Shown: one piece after another, positions 17,137 through 27,100 of the stretch
Numbering within the stretch: the first letter of the stretch is position 1
How the letters are laid out: every line of letters starts with the position of its first letter
Source: Candidatus Poseidoniaceae archaeon
GTDB taxonomy: Archaea > Thermoplasmatota > Poseidoniia > Poseidoniales > Poseidoniaceae
DNA length: 56,467 nt
NCBI GenBank assembly: GCA_049598575.1
Contig: JBMYNT010000005.1
Span: 1 to 56,467, forward strand
Direction: 5' to 3'
Made by a program: the position numbers and the translations under genes
The notes under the pieces: generated by a model
Told to the model about the DNA's origin: nothing
The model's input: the letters and a program-made list of their open reading frames with translations, nothing else
Databases searched by the model: none

Positions 17137-17388
17137 TTATTCTTCATCAATTTGGAACGCCCAAATCGACTGTTGTTGGCCATCGACAACGATTTTGTCA
17201 ATGCAGGTTACAAACGGTGACTTTCGCAAGGCTCGAGATAGAATATGGGCTTGAACTGGTCTTCCTTCTGCAGACAAGGCTGCGATGATTTCACGTGTTG
17301 TCATGGGCCCATGCACTCTCAAATGCCCAACGATCCAATCAGCGTGTTCTCGCTGCATGCGACGCTCCTCAGTCCATCGCTTGCGCAT
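17137..17388 (-). CDS. Small winged-helix-like hypothetical protein
   Basis: 83-aa ORF, GPMTTREIIAAL...LSRALRKSPF..W pattern; TATA-like box 23 nt upstream. Confidence 0.6.
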   Translation of the reverse strand: MRKRWTEERRMQREHADWIVGHLRVHGPMTTREIIAALSAEGRPVQAHILSRALRKSPFVTCIDKIVVDGQQQSIWAFQIDEE

Positions 17389-17409
17389 ACCACTTGAAAC
17401 GCAAACATC

Positions 17410-17419
17410 TGTTTAAACA
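17410..17419. promoter_or_regulatory. Palindromic TATA box shared by divergent genes
   Basis: TGTTTAAACA; the TTTAAA core lies exactly 23 nt from both ATGs (17388 on - and 17441 on +). Confidence 0.55.
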
Positions 17420-17440
17420 CATGTGATTGAACTTTGAATC

Positions 17441-18259
17441 ATGCCCGAAGGTCCAGAGATTCATCGGGCTGCGAGCACAATCCGCAGGGCGCTTGAAGGA
17501 CAAATCATCACGCATGTTGAATGCCCATACACAACCATTCGGGGACAAGAACACCGATTCCTCGGAAAAGAAGTTCTTCGAGTCAAAGCTCGATCGAAAG
17601 CCATGCTCATACATGTTGGAGATGATGTTCTGTACAGTCATAATCAACTCTATGGACGATGGACCGTTCAGAAAAAGTCCAGTAAAGAGCGTAAAACGAA
17701 TCGATCCTTGCGAATAAAGCTCGAAACTGAAACACACGTTGCATGTCTTTGGTCTGCGACGGACATCGAACTTCTCGAACCATGGGAGGTTGAACAACAT
17801 CCCTACATCGCAAGGCTTGGACCTGATGTAGCAGATGAAGAGATTGAATACAAACCCGTGCTTGAACAGATTCAGAACAAGAAATTTGGGGGCCGACAAT
17901 TGTGCCACCTTCTCCTCGATCAATCCTTTCTTGCCGGCGTAGGGAATTATCTGCGAAGTGAAATCCTGTTCAATGCTGGCCTCCAACCTTCTCGTAAACT
18001 CAACTCCCTGACGGCAGAGGAACAAGAGCATCTTGCGGAATCTGCGATTTCAACCACACAATTGGCTTACAAACAAAAGGGCGTAACCGTCGATAAAGAC
18101 CTCTACGATCTTCTTCGACAACAAGGTATGTCCCGACGGCAAGCACGGCATTACGTCTTCACGCGAGACGGACTGAATTGTCATACATGTCAAGGAATCA
18201 TCACGCACACTCGTCTAAGTGGACGTCGGTTGGATTACTGCAGTTCTTGCCAAGTCTAA
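17441..18259 (+). CDS. nei: Endonuclease VIII / Fpg-Nei DNA glycosylase
   Basis: N-terminal MPEGPE, HNQLYGRW, H2TH LLDQSFLAGVGNYLRSE, C-terminal CxxC...CxxCQ zinc finger. Confidence 0.9.
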   Translation: MPEGPEIHRAASTIRRALEGQIITHVECPYTTIRGQEHRFLGKEVLRVKARSKAMLIHVGDDVLYSHNQLYGRWTVQKKSSKERKTNRSLRIKLETETHVACLWSATDIELLEPWEVEQHPYIARLGPDVADEEIEYKPVLEQIQNKKFGGRQLCHLLLDQSFLAGVGNYLRSEILFNAGLQPSRKLNSLTAEEQEHLAESAISTTQLAYKQKGVTVDKDLYDLLRQQGMSRRQARHYVFTRDGLNCHTCQGIITHTRLSGRRLDYCSSCQV

Positions 18260-18573
18260 TCCTCATCAACAAATATTTCGATTGTGAAGGATTCATTGTT
18301 GTGGCCCCAATGGCACACACCGGGTTCTTCATCTCGGATCAGGAAATATTTCGTTTGAAATCCTGGTCCTAATGCATCATGGGGGCTTTCGAAATCTATT
18401 CGAATTCGCTCACTGTAACCTCCAAACGCATCGATTCCTGCCATGGCAGGGATACCGTCAACAAGGACAGGATGCAGTTCGTATGGAGTCCCATCACCAG
18501 GGTTCATGGCGTGGTTTCCGTTTCGTACAATCAAATCTTTTTCTTTTGCTGGGCGTGTTTTTCTTTGTGACAT
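18256..18573 (-). CDS. Hypothetical protein
   Basis: 105-aa ORF filling the gap; GGTGAGA SD-like sequence before ATG. Confidence 0.6.
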   Translation of the reverse strand: MSQRKTRPAKEKDLIVRNGNHAMNPGDGTPYELHPVLVDGIPAMAGIDAFGGYSERIRIDFESPHDALGPGFQTKYFLIRDEEPGVCHWGHNNESFTIEIFVDED

Positions 18574-18694
18574 GTTCTCACCAGATTGGAATAGAGGGTG
18601 GACTACCTTAAAGTTTACTACTTATTAAAAAAAGAACAATAAACCACACAATACAACCGCTTTCCTCATAGGATGCCTTGAGTTACCAATCATC

Positions 18695-20035
18695 ATGGGT
18701 TTCAAGAAAGTGCTGATTGCTAATCGCGGCGAAATTGCTCTCCGAATCATGCGAACCTTGCGTGATATGGGCATTGAAGCAGCCATCATCTATGGAAAAG
18801 AGGACCGATTATCGCTTCCAGTTCAACTCGCTGATGATGCAACCTTCCGGGATGTAATCAATCCATTGGATGCTTATCTCGATATCGAAGCAGTGGTTCA
18901 AGCCGCCAAAGACATGGGCTGTGATGCGGTCCACCCGGGCTATGGTTTCCTTGCAGAAAATGCGGGTTTTGTGAAAAGGCTTGAGGAAGAAGGTATCACG
19001 TTCATCGGTCCAAGTGCGGATGTTATCACGCTCCTTGGCGATAAAATCGAGGCGAGAGCTGCCATGGAAGCTGCAGGCTTGCCAACAGCGAAAGGATCCT
19101 CTGAACCTATTTCCGAGGCATCCGTTGCGTCTGCACTTGCCGATGATATTGGTTATCCTGTCATCATCAAAGCCGCTGCCGGCGGTGGCGGAATCGGGAT
19201 GCAAATCGTCGAAAAGGAAAGCGAGTTTGAGAGTGCATTGAAACTCTGTCAATCTCGTGCAAAATCTGCCTTTGGTGACGATCGTGTGTTCGTTGAGAAA
19301 TACATCCAAGGAGCACAACACGTTGAATTCCAAGTTCTCGCTGATGGAACAAATGCCATTCACTTTGGTGAGCGATTCTGCTCCATTCAACGTCGTCACC
19401 AGAAACTCGTTGAAGAAGGGCCATGGCTTACGCCTGAAAAACGTCATGAAATTGGTTCACTGGTTTGCAAAGGCGCAGAATCGGTTGGGTACAAGGGTCT
19501 TGCAACGTTTGAATTCCTCCGAGATGCCAATGGTGATTTCTACTTCCTTGAAGTCAACCCACGTGTGCAAGTTGAACACACCGTTACCGAGTTGATTACG
19601 GGTCACAACCTCGTCGAACTCGGCGTTCGCGTCGCTCAAGGAGAAGCACTTCCACTCAAACAAGAAGACATTACTTGGCGAGGTCACAGCATTCAATGTC
19701 GGCTCAATGCAGAAGATCCTGCCGAGTTTATCCCAAGTCCTGGTCGCCTGTGGGAGTGTCATTTCCCGTCAGGATTCGGTGTTCGTGTCGATACGCATGC
19801 ACACCCCGGATACGAAATGCCAGGGTGTTTCGACTCCTTACTTGCGAAACTCCTCGTTTGGGGACGTGATCGAGAGGATGCTATCCGACGTATGCGTACC
19901 GCATTGGATGAAACGGTGATCACCGGCGTTGAGCACCTGATTCCGTTGCATCGCAGAATTATGGACGAAGAAGATTTCATGAACGGAGATATCACGATTC
20001 AGTACATCGATATGCATCAAGAGCTTCTCGGATAA
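18695..20035 (+). CDS. accC: Biotin carboxylase subunit of an acyl-CoA carboxylase
   Basis: KVLIANRGEIA, HPGYGFLAEN, KAAAGGGGIGM, CSIQRRHQK, EVNPRVQVEH, FDSLLAKL. Confidence 0.9.
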   Translation: MGFKKVLIANRGEIALRIMRTLRDMGIEAAIIYGKEDRLSLPVQLADDATFRDVINPLDAYLDIEAVVQAAKDMGCDAVHPGYGFLAENAGFVKRLEEEGITFIGPSADVITLLGDKIEARAAMEAAGLPTAKGSSEPISEASVASALADDIGYPVIIKAAAGGGGIGMQIVEKESEFESALKLCQSRAKSAFGDDRVFVEKYIQGAQHVEFQVLADGTNAIHFGERFCSIQRRHQKLVEEGPWLTPEKRHEIGSLVCKGAESVGYKGLATFEFLRDANGDFYFLEVNPRVQVEHTVTELITGHNLVELGVRVAQGEALPLKQEDITWRGHSIQCRLNAEDPAEFIPSPGRLWECHFPSGFGVRVDTHAHPGYEMPGCFDSLLAKLLVWGRDREDAIRRMRTALDETVITGVEHLIPLHRRIMDEEDFMNGDITIQYIDMHQELLG

Positions 20036-20983
20036 GTGATGGCCATGGATGTCCTCATCGTCGGAAGCATAGCCTACGATAGCATCACTTCACCAAAAGG
20101 CTCTGCACCACATACACTCGGTGGGTCCGCAACCTACGCAGGGTTGGCCGCAGCATTCCATCAGAAACGTATGAATCTGCAATCTGTTGGCCTTGTTGGT
20201 GTTGTAGGAACCGATTTCAAAGAGGATGATTTTGCTACACTAACCAATGCAGGTTTGGACACAACTGGTATTGAAGTGTTGGAAGGTTCGACCTTCCATT
20301 GGGTCGGTTCGTACCATGGCAACATGGCGCAAGCTGAAACACATGAAACCCACTTGAACGTCTTCGAAACGTTCGAGCCAAAAGTACCTGAACACGGGAC
20401 TTCGTCCACGATCACGTTCTGTGCGAACCTTCATCCGTCGATTCAGTTGTCTGTCCTCGACCAATCCAGCCCGACCCGCGCATCGATTCTTGACTCGATG
20501 AATCTCTGGATCACCATTGCTAAGGAAGAATTGATTCAGGCTATGCAGCGTGTTGACATTGTCGTCATCAACGATGGGGAAGCGACCATGCTATCGGGCA
20601 GCGACAATCTCATTCAGGCTGCGAAGGATGTCCAAGCCATGGCTTCCATTCCAATTCTCATCATCAAGAAAGGTGAACATGGTGTCCTCGCCTTGCATGG
20701 TGACCAGATTGTTGCCCTGCCTGCTTTTCCGACCGATTTCGTGGTCGATCCAACAGGCTGTGGCGATACGTTTGCAGGAACATTAGCAACCTACCTCGCT
20801 GCTGGAAGGGGTCCAATAGAAATCGCTGAATTACGAAATGCGTTGATTCATGCAACCGTATCTGCAAGTTTCACCTTGCAAGGATTTGGTATCAAAGGGT
20901 TGCAATCCATGACGCCCGAATCGTATGAACAACGTTTGATCGAGTACACATCAATCTCAGGAACCTCAGTCGATACGACGTAG
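20036..20983 (+). CDS. PfkB-family sugar/nucleoside kinase
   Basis: LGGSA, KKGEHG, DPTGCGDTFAG. Confidence 0.88.
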   Translation: MMAMDVLIVGSIAYDSITSPKGSAPHTLGGSATYAGLAAAFHQKRMNLQSVGLVGVVGTDFKEDDFATLTNAGLDTTGIEVLEGSTFHWVGSYHGNMAQAETHETHLNVFETFEPKVPEHGTSSTITFCANLHPSIQLSVLDQSSPTRASILDSMNLWITIAKEELIQAMQRVDIVVINDGEATMLSGSDNLIQAAKDVQAMASIPILIIKKGEHGVLALHGDQIVALPAFPTDFVVDPTGCGDTFAGTLATYLAAGRGPIEIAELRNALIHATVSASFTLQGFGIKGLQSMTPESYEQRLIEYTSISGTSVDTT

Positions 20984-22402
20984 ACCCAACTGATTGTTTT
21001 GCGCTTGAGTAACCTCTTGAGATTCTGTGAGTGAACTGAAGGAAACGGGGACCTGCTCCTCTTCTTCCTCCTCAGAGATGTGTCCTGACATGTGTTCGAT
21101 GATTTCCTCGGGTATTCCTTCTTCGTGGAGATTGGAAATCGTTTCTCGTACTCTCGTCATCATTGAGGAGAAGATACGACCGGTTTCTTGTCCTACTTTC
21201 TTTCGTGATGAAACAATTCGTCGCTTTGGCTCGCTTCGAACTTGAAACCGCTTGCGTTGCCCTTTCGAATCCCGGCGAACAGTGGAAGCATTGTTCGTTG
21301 TTGCATTGGTGCTGGTTGAATGGCGAATGAGACCTTGCTCCACAAGTGAAAGAGCAGGTTCCTCTTCAATTAATTCAGCATCCAACAATGGGATGTCAGG
21401 TGAATTGAATTCGTCTGCAGCGGATGGAATATGAGCGCCATCAGGTCCAACATAACTCGGAAGGAAATCGTTCGGTAATGGCGTGAAGGTCAGTTCGTTT
21501 GCTTGCAATCTTTCGCCCGTCGCCTCTCGAATCATTCTCGATGAGCTCATCGGTTGTTGGTGCATCGGGATTCCAAGCGGAGCATCGCCTTGGAACTGCG
21601 TCGTCATGTTGTGAGATGGACTCGTGCCTGAGTGAATGTCAAGCGGACTGTTGATTCCACGTCGTGTACCGATGTTGGCCCGCCCACGTTCAATGATCCC
21701 ATGTTGTCTCGGTTCTAGTTCATCCATCGTCCGTGGGAGTTGGTTCATGTTGTCCTTTGCCCAACGGGGTAAATCCTCATCGATTTCGAATTCCCCGTCA
21801 TCGGCACTGACCTCGCCAAGGAAATTCGACAGACTACGTGAGGGTTCCAAATCCCGAACTGGAATGGGGAGAGCCTGTGCCGCATCGTTTGCAGCTTGCC
21901 TTGGAAATTCAGTGTCCTCGTTGAGAAGATCAACGCCGATTCGAGCCTCTTCAAGGGTCAGGCCATCGTTCATCCGCTGAATCATTGTTGAGAACTTGAG
22001 CAATCGTGAATCAATGGCATGAAGCACATGGCAATCACCAAGTTTGGTATCAAGCGTTAATGTTGGACGCTTTGTGAGAACCCACCCGGAAATCATGGCA
22101 AGACCGAGGACAAAAACGCCGAATCGAATGTTTGGAGGTGTGATGACCCGCCAAGAGGCATAGAACAAACAGAGTCCAACAAACCCGACCCATCCAGGCA
22201 CAAGCGTTGTGTTGTGATGTTGCATTCGAACAATTTGGTCGTAACGAATGTCAATGCAGTTCCCATTCTTGAATTCAATCGAAACTCTCGATTCTCCAAG
22301 GCTGGCTCTCGCTCGACCGCTTTCGCCAGCCACGCGCAGGCCGTGGAGAACCATTTTCTCCCCAGACTCCGCAAGGCGTTCGTTGCGCCCTCTCGTCTGC
22401 AT
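20966..22402 (-). CDS. Hypothetical membrane protein with long low-complexity C-terminus
   Basis: Two TM helices near the N-terminus; start moved to ATG 22402 (or 22354) to avoid overlapping the upstream gene. Confidence 0.65.
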   Translation of the reverse strand: MQTRGRNERLAESGEKMVLHGLRVAGESGRARASLGESRVSIEFKNGNCIDIRYDQIVRMQHHNTTLVPGWVGFVGLCLFYASWRVITPPNIRFGVFVLGLAMISGWVLTKRPTLTLDTKLGDCHVLHAIDSRLLKFSTMIQRMNDGLTLEEARIGVDLLNEDTEFPRQAANDAAQALPIPVRDLEPSRSLSNFLGEVSADDGEFEIDEDLPRWAKDNMNQLPRTMDELEPRQHGIIERGRANIGTRRGINSPLDIHSGTSPSHNMTTQFQGDAPLGIPMHQQPMSSSRMIREATGERLQANELTFTPLPNDFLPSYVGPDGAHIPSAADEFNSPDIPLLDAELIEEEPALSLVEQGLIRHSTSTNATTNNASTVRRDSKGQRKRFQVRSEPKRRIVSSRKKVGQETGRIFSSMMTRVRETISNLHEEGIPEEIIEHMSGHISEEEEEEQVPVSFSSLTESQEVTQAQNNQLGLRRID

Positions 22403-22493
22403 CCCATTGTGCAGTTTGAGCCACCTATTATCAATGCATCCCTCAGAATGCCCATGAAGACAATTGTTCGAGGTTGCACAAAACGACGCCGAT

Positions 22494-23516
22494 TTACTCG
22501 ATTTTGCTGAGTTTGGCGCTTCCCATAATCCGTGGCTTGGAATCAAGTTGAGCGATGAGGACGTCTGGAGCATCATCAATTCGTTGCAGGAGTGGTGTCT
22601 CCCATCGAACGACGCACGTTTCACCATCAACCGATTCGACTCGGCCTACGTTGAATTGCAAATCAATGGATGCATGGACGACATCGCCCACAGCAAGTTG
22701 TTTCCTTTGAAACGGTGAGACCTTGAGTTGCATCGAAGAGACGGAATGATTCTCCAAAGCAAGTGGACGGAACGTGTTTGTTTTCTTATCGTCAATTTCT
22801 GGATGGACGATGAGACATGTTCCAGAGAGACTCTCCTCCTTGGCATTTCGAAGAGCGATACCGACCCGATCGCCTGCACCCGCTCGATCCACATCATCGT
22901 CCATGACCTGAAGTGACTTCACAGAACCTGTGCCGCCGTGGGGCAACATAGTCACTTCATCATGGACATTGACGACTCCAGATTGGACGTATCCAATGGC
23001 GACCAAACCAATGCCTTTGACGTTGAAATGTTGATCGATTGGAACGACGAGAGGTTGCTCTTCGATGGATGACAAGAGGTCTGAAACTGCATCCATAATC
23101 CCAAAGAAAGCATTGCGCAACTCGATTCCATCGGCTTTCTCGAACGTCCAACCGGACAAACCAGCTTGCTTGAACAAGGCTTTGACCATGTCCTCATCGA
23201 TCCATTCTCCTTGAGGTGGAGCCAACACAGCAACACCGTGTTCGATACCAGCGCTCGCAAAAGCAACCAAGGCTTCTCCGAGTGTTGCATCAACTGCGGT
23301 GACTTCGATAAGTCCCGCTCGTGCTGCAGACAATGCATTGAGCAAGGGGCGTAGGCGTTCTGGATACTTTGCAGGGCGAATCAAAGAAAGGATACGTGCT
23401 TGGCCATCGACCGTTTCTTTGTGGACGTAGGTATGGACGTCTCGCTGGTCGGTCGGTTTTGCAAGTTCTCTAGCAAGGTCATCGCTACCGACCATTGCAA
23501 TGTTCAGAACGGGCAT
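22494..23516 (-). CDS. Archaeal SelB-like protein (aSelBL-type): EF-Tu domain II with degenerate G domain
   Basis: IDQHFNVKGIGLVAIG, VKSLQVMD, AGDRVGIALRN; no GxxxxGKS/T P-loop. Confidence 0.8.
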   Translation of the reverse strand: MPVLNIAMVGSDDLARELAKPTDQRDVHTYVHKETVDGQARILSLIRPAKYPERLRPLLNALSAARAGLIEVTAVDATLGEALVAFASAGIEHGVAVLAPPQGEWIDEDMVKALFKQAGLSGWTFEKADGIELRNAFFGIMDAVSDLLSSIEEQPLVVPIDQHFNVKGIGLVAIGYVQSGVVNVHDEVTMLPHGGTGSVKSLQVMDDDVDRAGAGDRVGIALRNAKEESLSGTCLIVHPEIDDKKTNTFRPLALENHSVSSMQLKVSPFQRKQLAVGDVVHASIDLQFNVGRVESVDGETCVVRWETPLLQRIDDAPDVLIAQLDSKPRIMGSAKLSKIE

Positions 23517-23551
23517 GTTCGTGCCCACCAAGCATTCTTTCATCAATGCTC

Positions 23552-24016
23552 TTATGCGGATTTCCGTTTGGAAAGCATATTGTTGCGAATCTCCTCAGCG
23601 ATGGTCCATTCCTTCTTTTCCTCATCGCTCGCTGGCTCCAGTTGTGGAATCGGGATTGGGCGCATCATGGAATCGATGGCGACCATGAAGAAATAGCCCT
23701 CGCATATGACACGCGTTTCCCAATCGGATTTTGTCATGGCACAAGCGGTAACCTTGACACCTGCAGTGTGCGTACTCGTGAACACAACACGCCCAGTGAC
23801 TTCGATCAAATCGCCTTGCCGAGCCGGGGCCTTGAACGTCAGTGTGTCGATGGAAATGGTGACGAACTCACGATGTGCAAATTTGGAGCAAGCAATACCT
23901 GCTGCTTTGTCCATGACCGAGAGTAGACGTCCTCCAAACAGCGTATCGTAGGAATTTGTGTCTTGCGGAAACACTTCTTCAATCAGCGTAACGGGTTCGG
24001 TTGAGAATGGTTTCAT
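23552..24016 (-). CDS. Hotdog-fold acyl-CoA thioesterase (YciA-like)
   Basis: PQDTNSYDTLFGGRLLSVMDKAA, VTISID..F..P, MVAID..RP. Confidence 0.88.
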   Translation of the reverse strand: MKPFSTEPVTLIEEVFPQDTNSYDTLFGGRLLSVMDKAAGIACSKFAHREFVTISIDTLTFKAPARQGDLIEVTGRVVFTSTHTAGVKVTACAMTKSDWETRVICEGYFFMVAIDSMMRPIPIPQLEPASDEEKKEWTIAEEIRNNMLSKRKSA

Positions 24017-24163
24017 GGTCGTCGCACGTCTCCATATGATATGAACCCTTAGCGTCAAAAGGGGCAAGGTCGCTTATTTTTTGGCATTTGAACCTTGGAG
24101 AAGAAGGACGACAGAGCGACGAAGTTTTAGTCCAGTGTTGATACGCAAGGTCTAGGTGACACC

Positions 24164-27100
24164 ATGGCCAACGATAACCGACGAACAAAAATTGCGCTCT
24201 TCCTCGTATTGTTGATGGTTTTGACCCCTCTTGCAAGCGGGGCGAACATCTCCAATTTCAGCTCAGGTTCGAGTGAAGTGGATATTCTGCTCAACGATGC
24301 AACAACGTATTCTGACAACGTCGATGGATCCGTTGATTTGCCGCTTGGTGAATCGATTACGTCTGCAAGCATGGCGGTCAGATCAAATCCCGCTGTTCAT
24401 GGTGCTCATACCCGAATTGATGTTGATACGATGCCGCGTGTGTGGAATCCCGCATACAACGGCCAAATAACATCCTTCTCAAAGATTGACGAATTTTCGT
24501 TCGAAGACGGTTCTGTTTCGACTCCGGTATCGCTCAAGGCCGAAGGGATTCTAACAGATTTTGAAAACGATATGGCTGGCTTTATTGATGACACCAATCC
24601 CCCGCTATCATCAGGTTCACCATGGTCCCATGGTACCCTCGACGGAGGAAACGTTCTACCAGCAAACTGTGCCTCTGGCAGCGATTGTTGGGGGACCGGT
24701 CTTTACGACAACGATTACACGGATGACAATGGGTACGCCTCATTCAAAGAAGTACTCCTTTCACCAACACTCGATGTGACCAGCGGTAACATCCGAGACC
24801 CATCGGTATACTTTGACTCATTTCACCAGTTGATGACGTACCAATCGTCGTCCACTACGAACCCAATCTATCGTTATGCTGATTGCGCCTACATCGAGGT
24901 CCGTTCATCCCAGACAACCTTCTTTGACCCAGCGCTTTCACCATGGGAGCACATTGACATCGACATTCAGAATTCGACAGGACTTTCCTTCGGCTCTGGC
25001 TATCACCAAGTCGGCTACCAGAATTCAAACAACAAAATCGACGGACGATGCAATGGGGTATCATACGACGATTACGCACTCGGTGGCACCTCCATTTCCA
25101 ACTTCAATCCATCAGGATGGGCTAGCATCAAACTCGACCTTTCGAGCTACGGTGGCAGTTATGTCGAACTTCGCTTCGTCTTGGAATACAACGATGTCAG
25201 TCCAAGCGGAAGCTACACGATTTACAATGCAACCTCGATGCCTGGATGGTACATTGATAACTTCCGATATGGAAACACTCTACCTCCGTCAGGTTGGATG
25301 AGCGTCCGAGGGATTCTACCAAACGTTCAGGGTGGAGAAAACCATCCAAACGGCTACGGGCTTCTGACAATTGAAGCAGAGACAACCGCCACTGCCGTTC
25401 TGACCGTCGATGTGCTGGATTCTTTGACTGGACAGGTGGTCATGGACGACAATGGCAACAGTATGTCGGGTATGGATGGACTCATTCATGAACTATGGGG
25501 AATCAACTCCTCAACTTATCCCACAATTGATCTGCGGTTTAACTTCGACTCCGGCCCCGATAAACTCTCCACGCCGACTCTGCACGGATTTTCTATCGGA
25601 ACCAGAGTGGGTACTGGCTTCAATCAGACCACCTTCTCTCCGAATCCACCAGTGAATGGAGTATGGTATTCACAAGGCCTTGGTGATTTGATGATGTACG
25701 ATCCGCTAGTTTCAGACAATTCCTACTCTCCTGCTTTCGAACGATCTCACTTTAGTTACCCAATCGCGTCAATAACACCGTACATTCAGGATGCTTGTTT
25801 GGAATCTCCAGAGATTTTCGTCGTTATGAACGGCTACAATGTCCTGATGGAAAACGGTGTCAAATACACGTTGGGCGAATCGGCTGGTTTGCCTGACTCA
25901 GCATTCGGATTTTCGTCGGTTCTCTCGTATCAAAATTCATGCGATGTTGGAGGCATGTGGTTCGACCTTGAATTCGCACACCACGCAGAGCAAATTGAAA
26001 TTGACGTAGCCAATGATGGAGATATTGAATACGGGTTTACAGAGCCAGCCTTTGACATGTTTGGACGCCAAACCATGTTCATCGGCTCAAAGGATGCAAA
26101 CAACGTACACTATGGAGCAAAAACTCGCACCTTGACACTCGGCCTATCTGGGTCTGTCGACGGTGGAGAATTCATGCTTCCTGCAGGCTCAACCATCCTC
26201 GCTGCTGAAGTCGGATTCGACAACAACCAAATCATCTCAACAACCAACTCCAACGAAGGTTTCACTTGGAAACTTATGTCTGGTCTGGAAGAAGTTGACT
26301 TGGGAGAGGTAGGCAACGTAACTCGTGGTGCTCAGGAAATGTATCCTGAAGAGATGAATCTCACAGCTGCTCTCAACACGCTGATGCAGAGCACTCTTAC
26401 GCCAACGGCGCACATTGACGCAAATGGAAATGGATGGAAGAAATTCCGCTTCAGTATTGAAAGTCTGAATGCAAGCAGTGGCGCAACCATCGATTTGGTT
26501 GGACTTGACGTTGTCTACGATGTCACACATTACCTTTCAACAGGGAACGGCTTTGCTGAAGAACTGGCACAAGGCGTAGCCCTCTCAACATCAACAGTCG
26601 GATATGCAACGGTTCCAATTGCTCTTCGAGCAGCAAGTGGAGGTGGCGTGACGTTCTCGAGCCTCTCAGTGTCAACATCGCCTGGTTACACCACGACGGC
26701 ATCTTTGGTTGGTAACCCAACCGGATTGTATCCGAACGGAGAAATCTATGAGATTGTTTCGTCACATACAGTTTCTTCACTCACTGGTTCGAGTTTCCAA
26801 GAAGCATCGCTTGTGTTTGAATCGGGGACTGGGACAATCGAACTCTCTTACTCGGACTTGAACGGATTTACTGAAGTTGAGAATTCGAACGGCTACATCA
26901 CTCTACAAGCCTCATCGGCTGCAGACATTACTGAAGGAAAGGAAATTACATGGAGGTTTACGGTGAACAACAATTGGGAGGATACACAAGTTGTTCGAAT
27001 CTACGCTGGTCAGATAGCGGCCAATGGCATAAATGGTTTGCCAGATGCTATCGTCCTCGCTCCAGTAGGCGGGAACGCTGTTGAGAACGATGCTGGTGTT

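Noticed and set aside
22494-23516. True selB indicating selenocysteine decoding
   Set aside because: GTPase motifs are absent and no other Sec genes are present in the window
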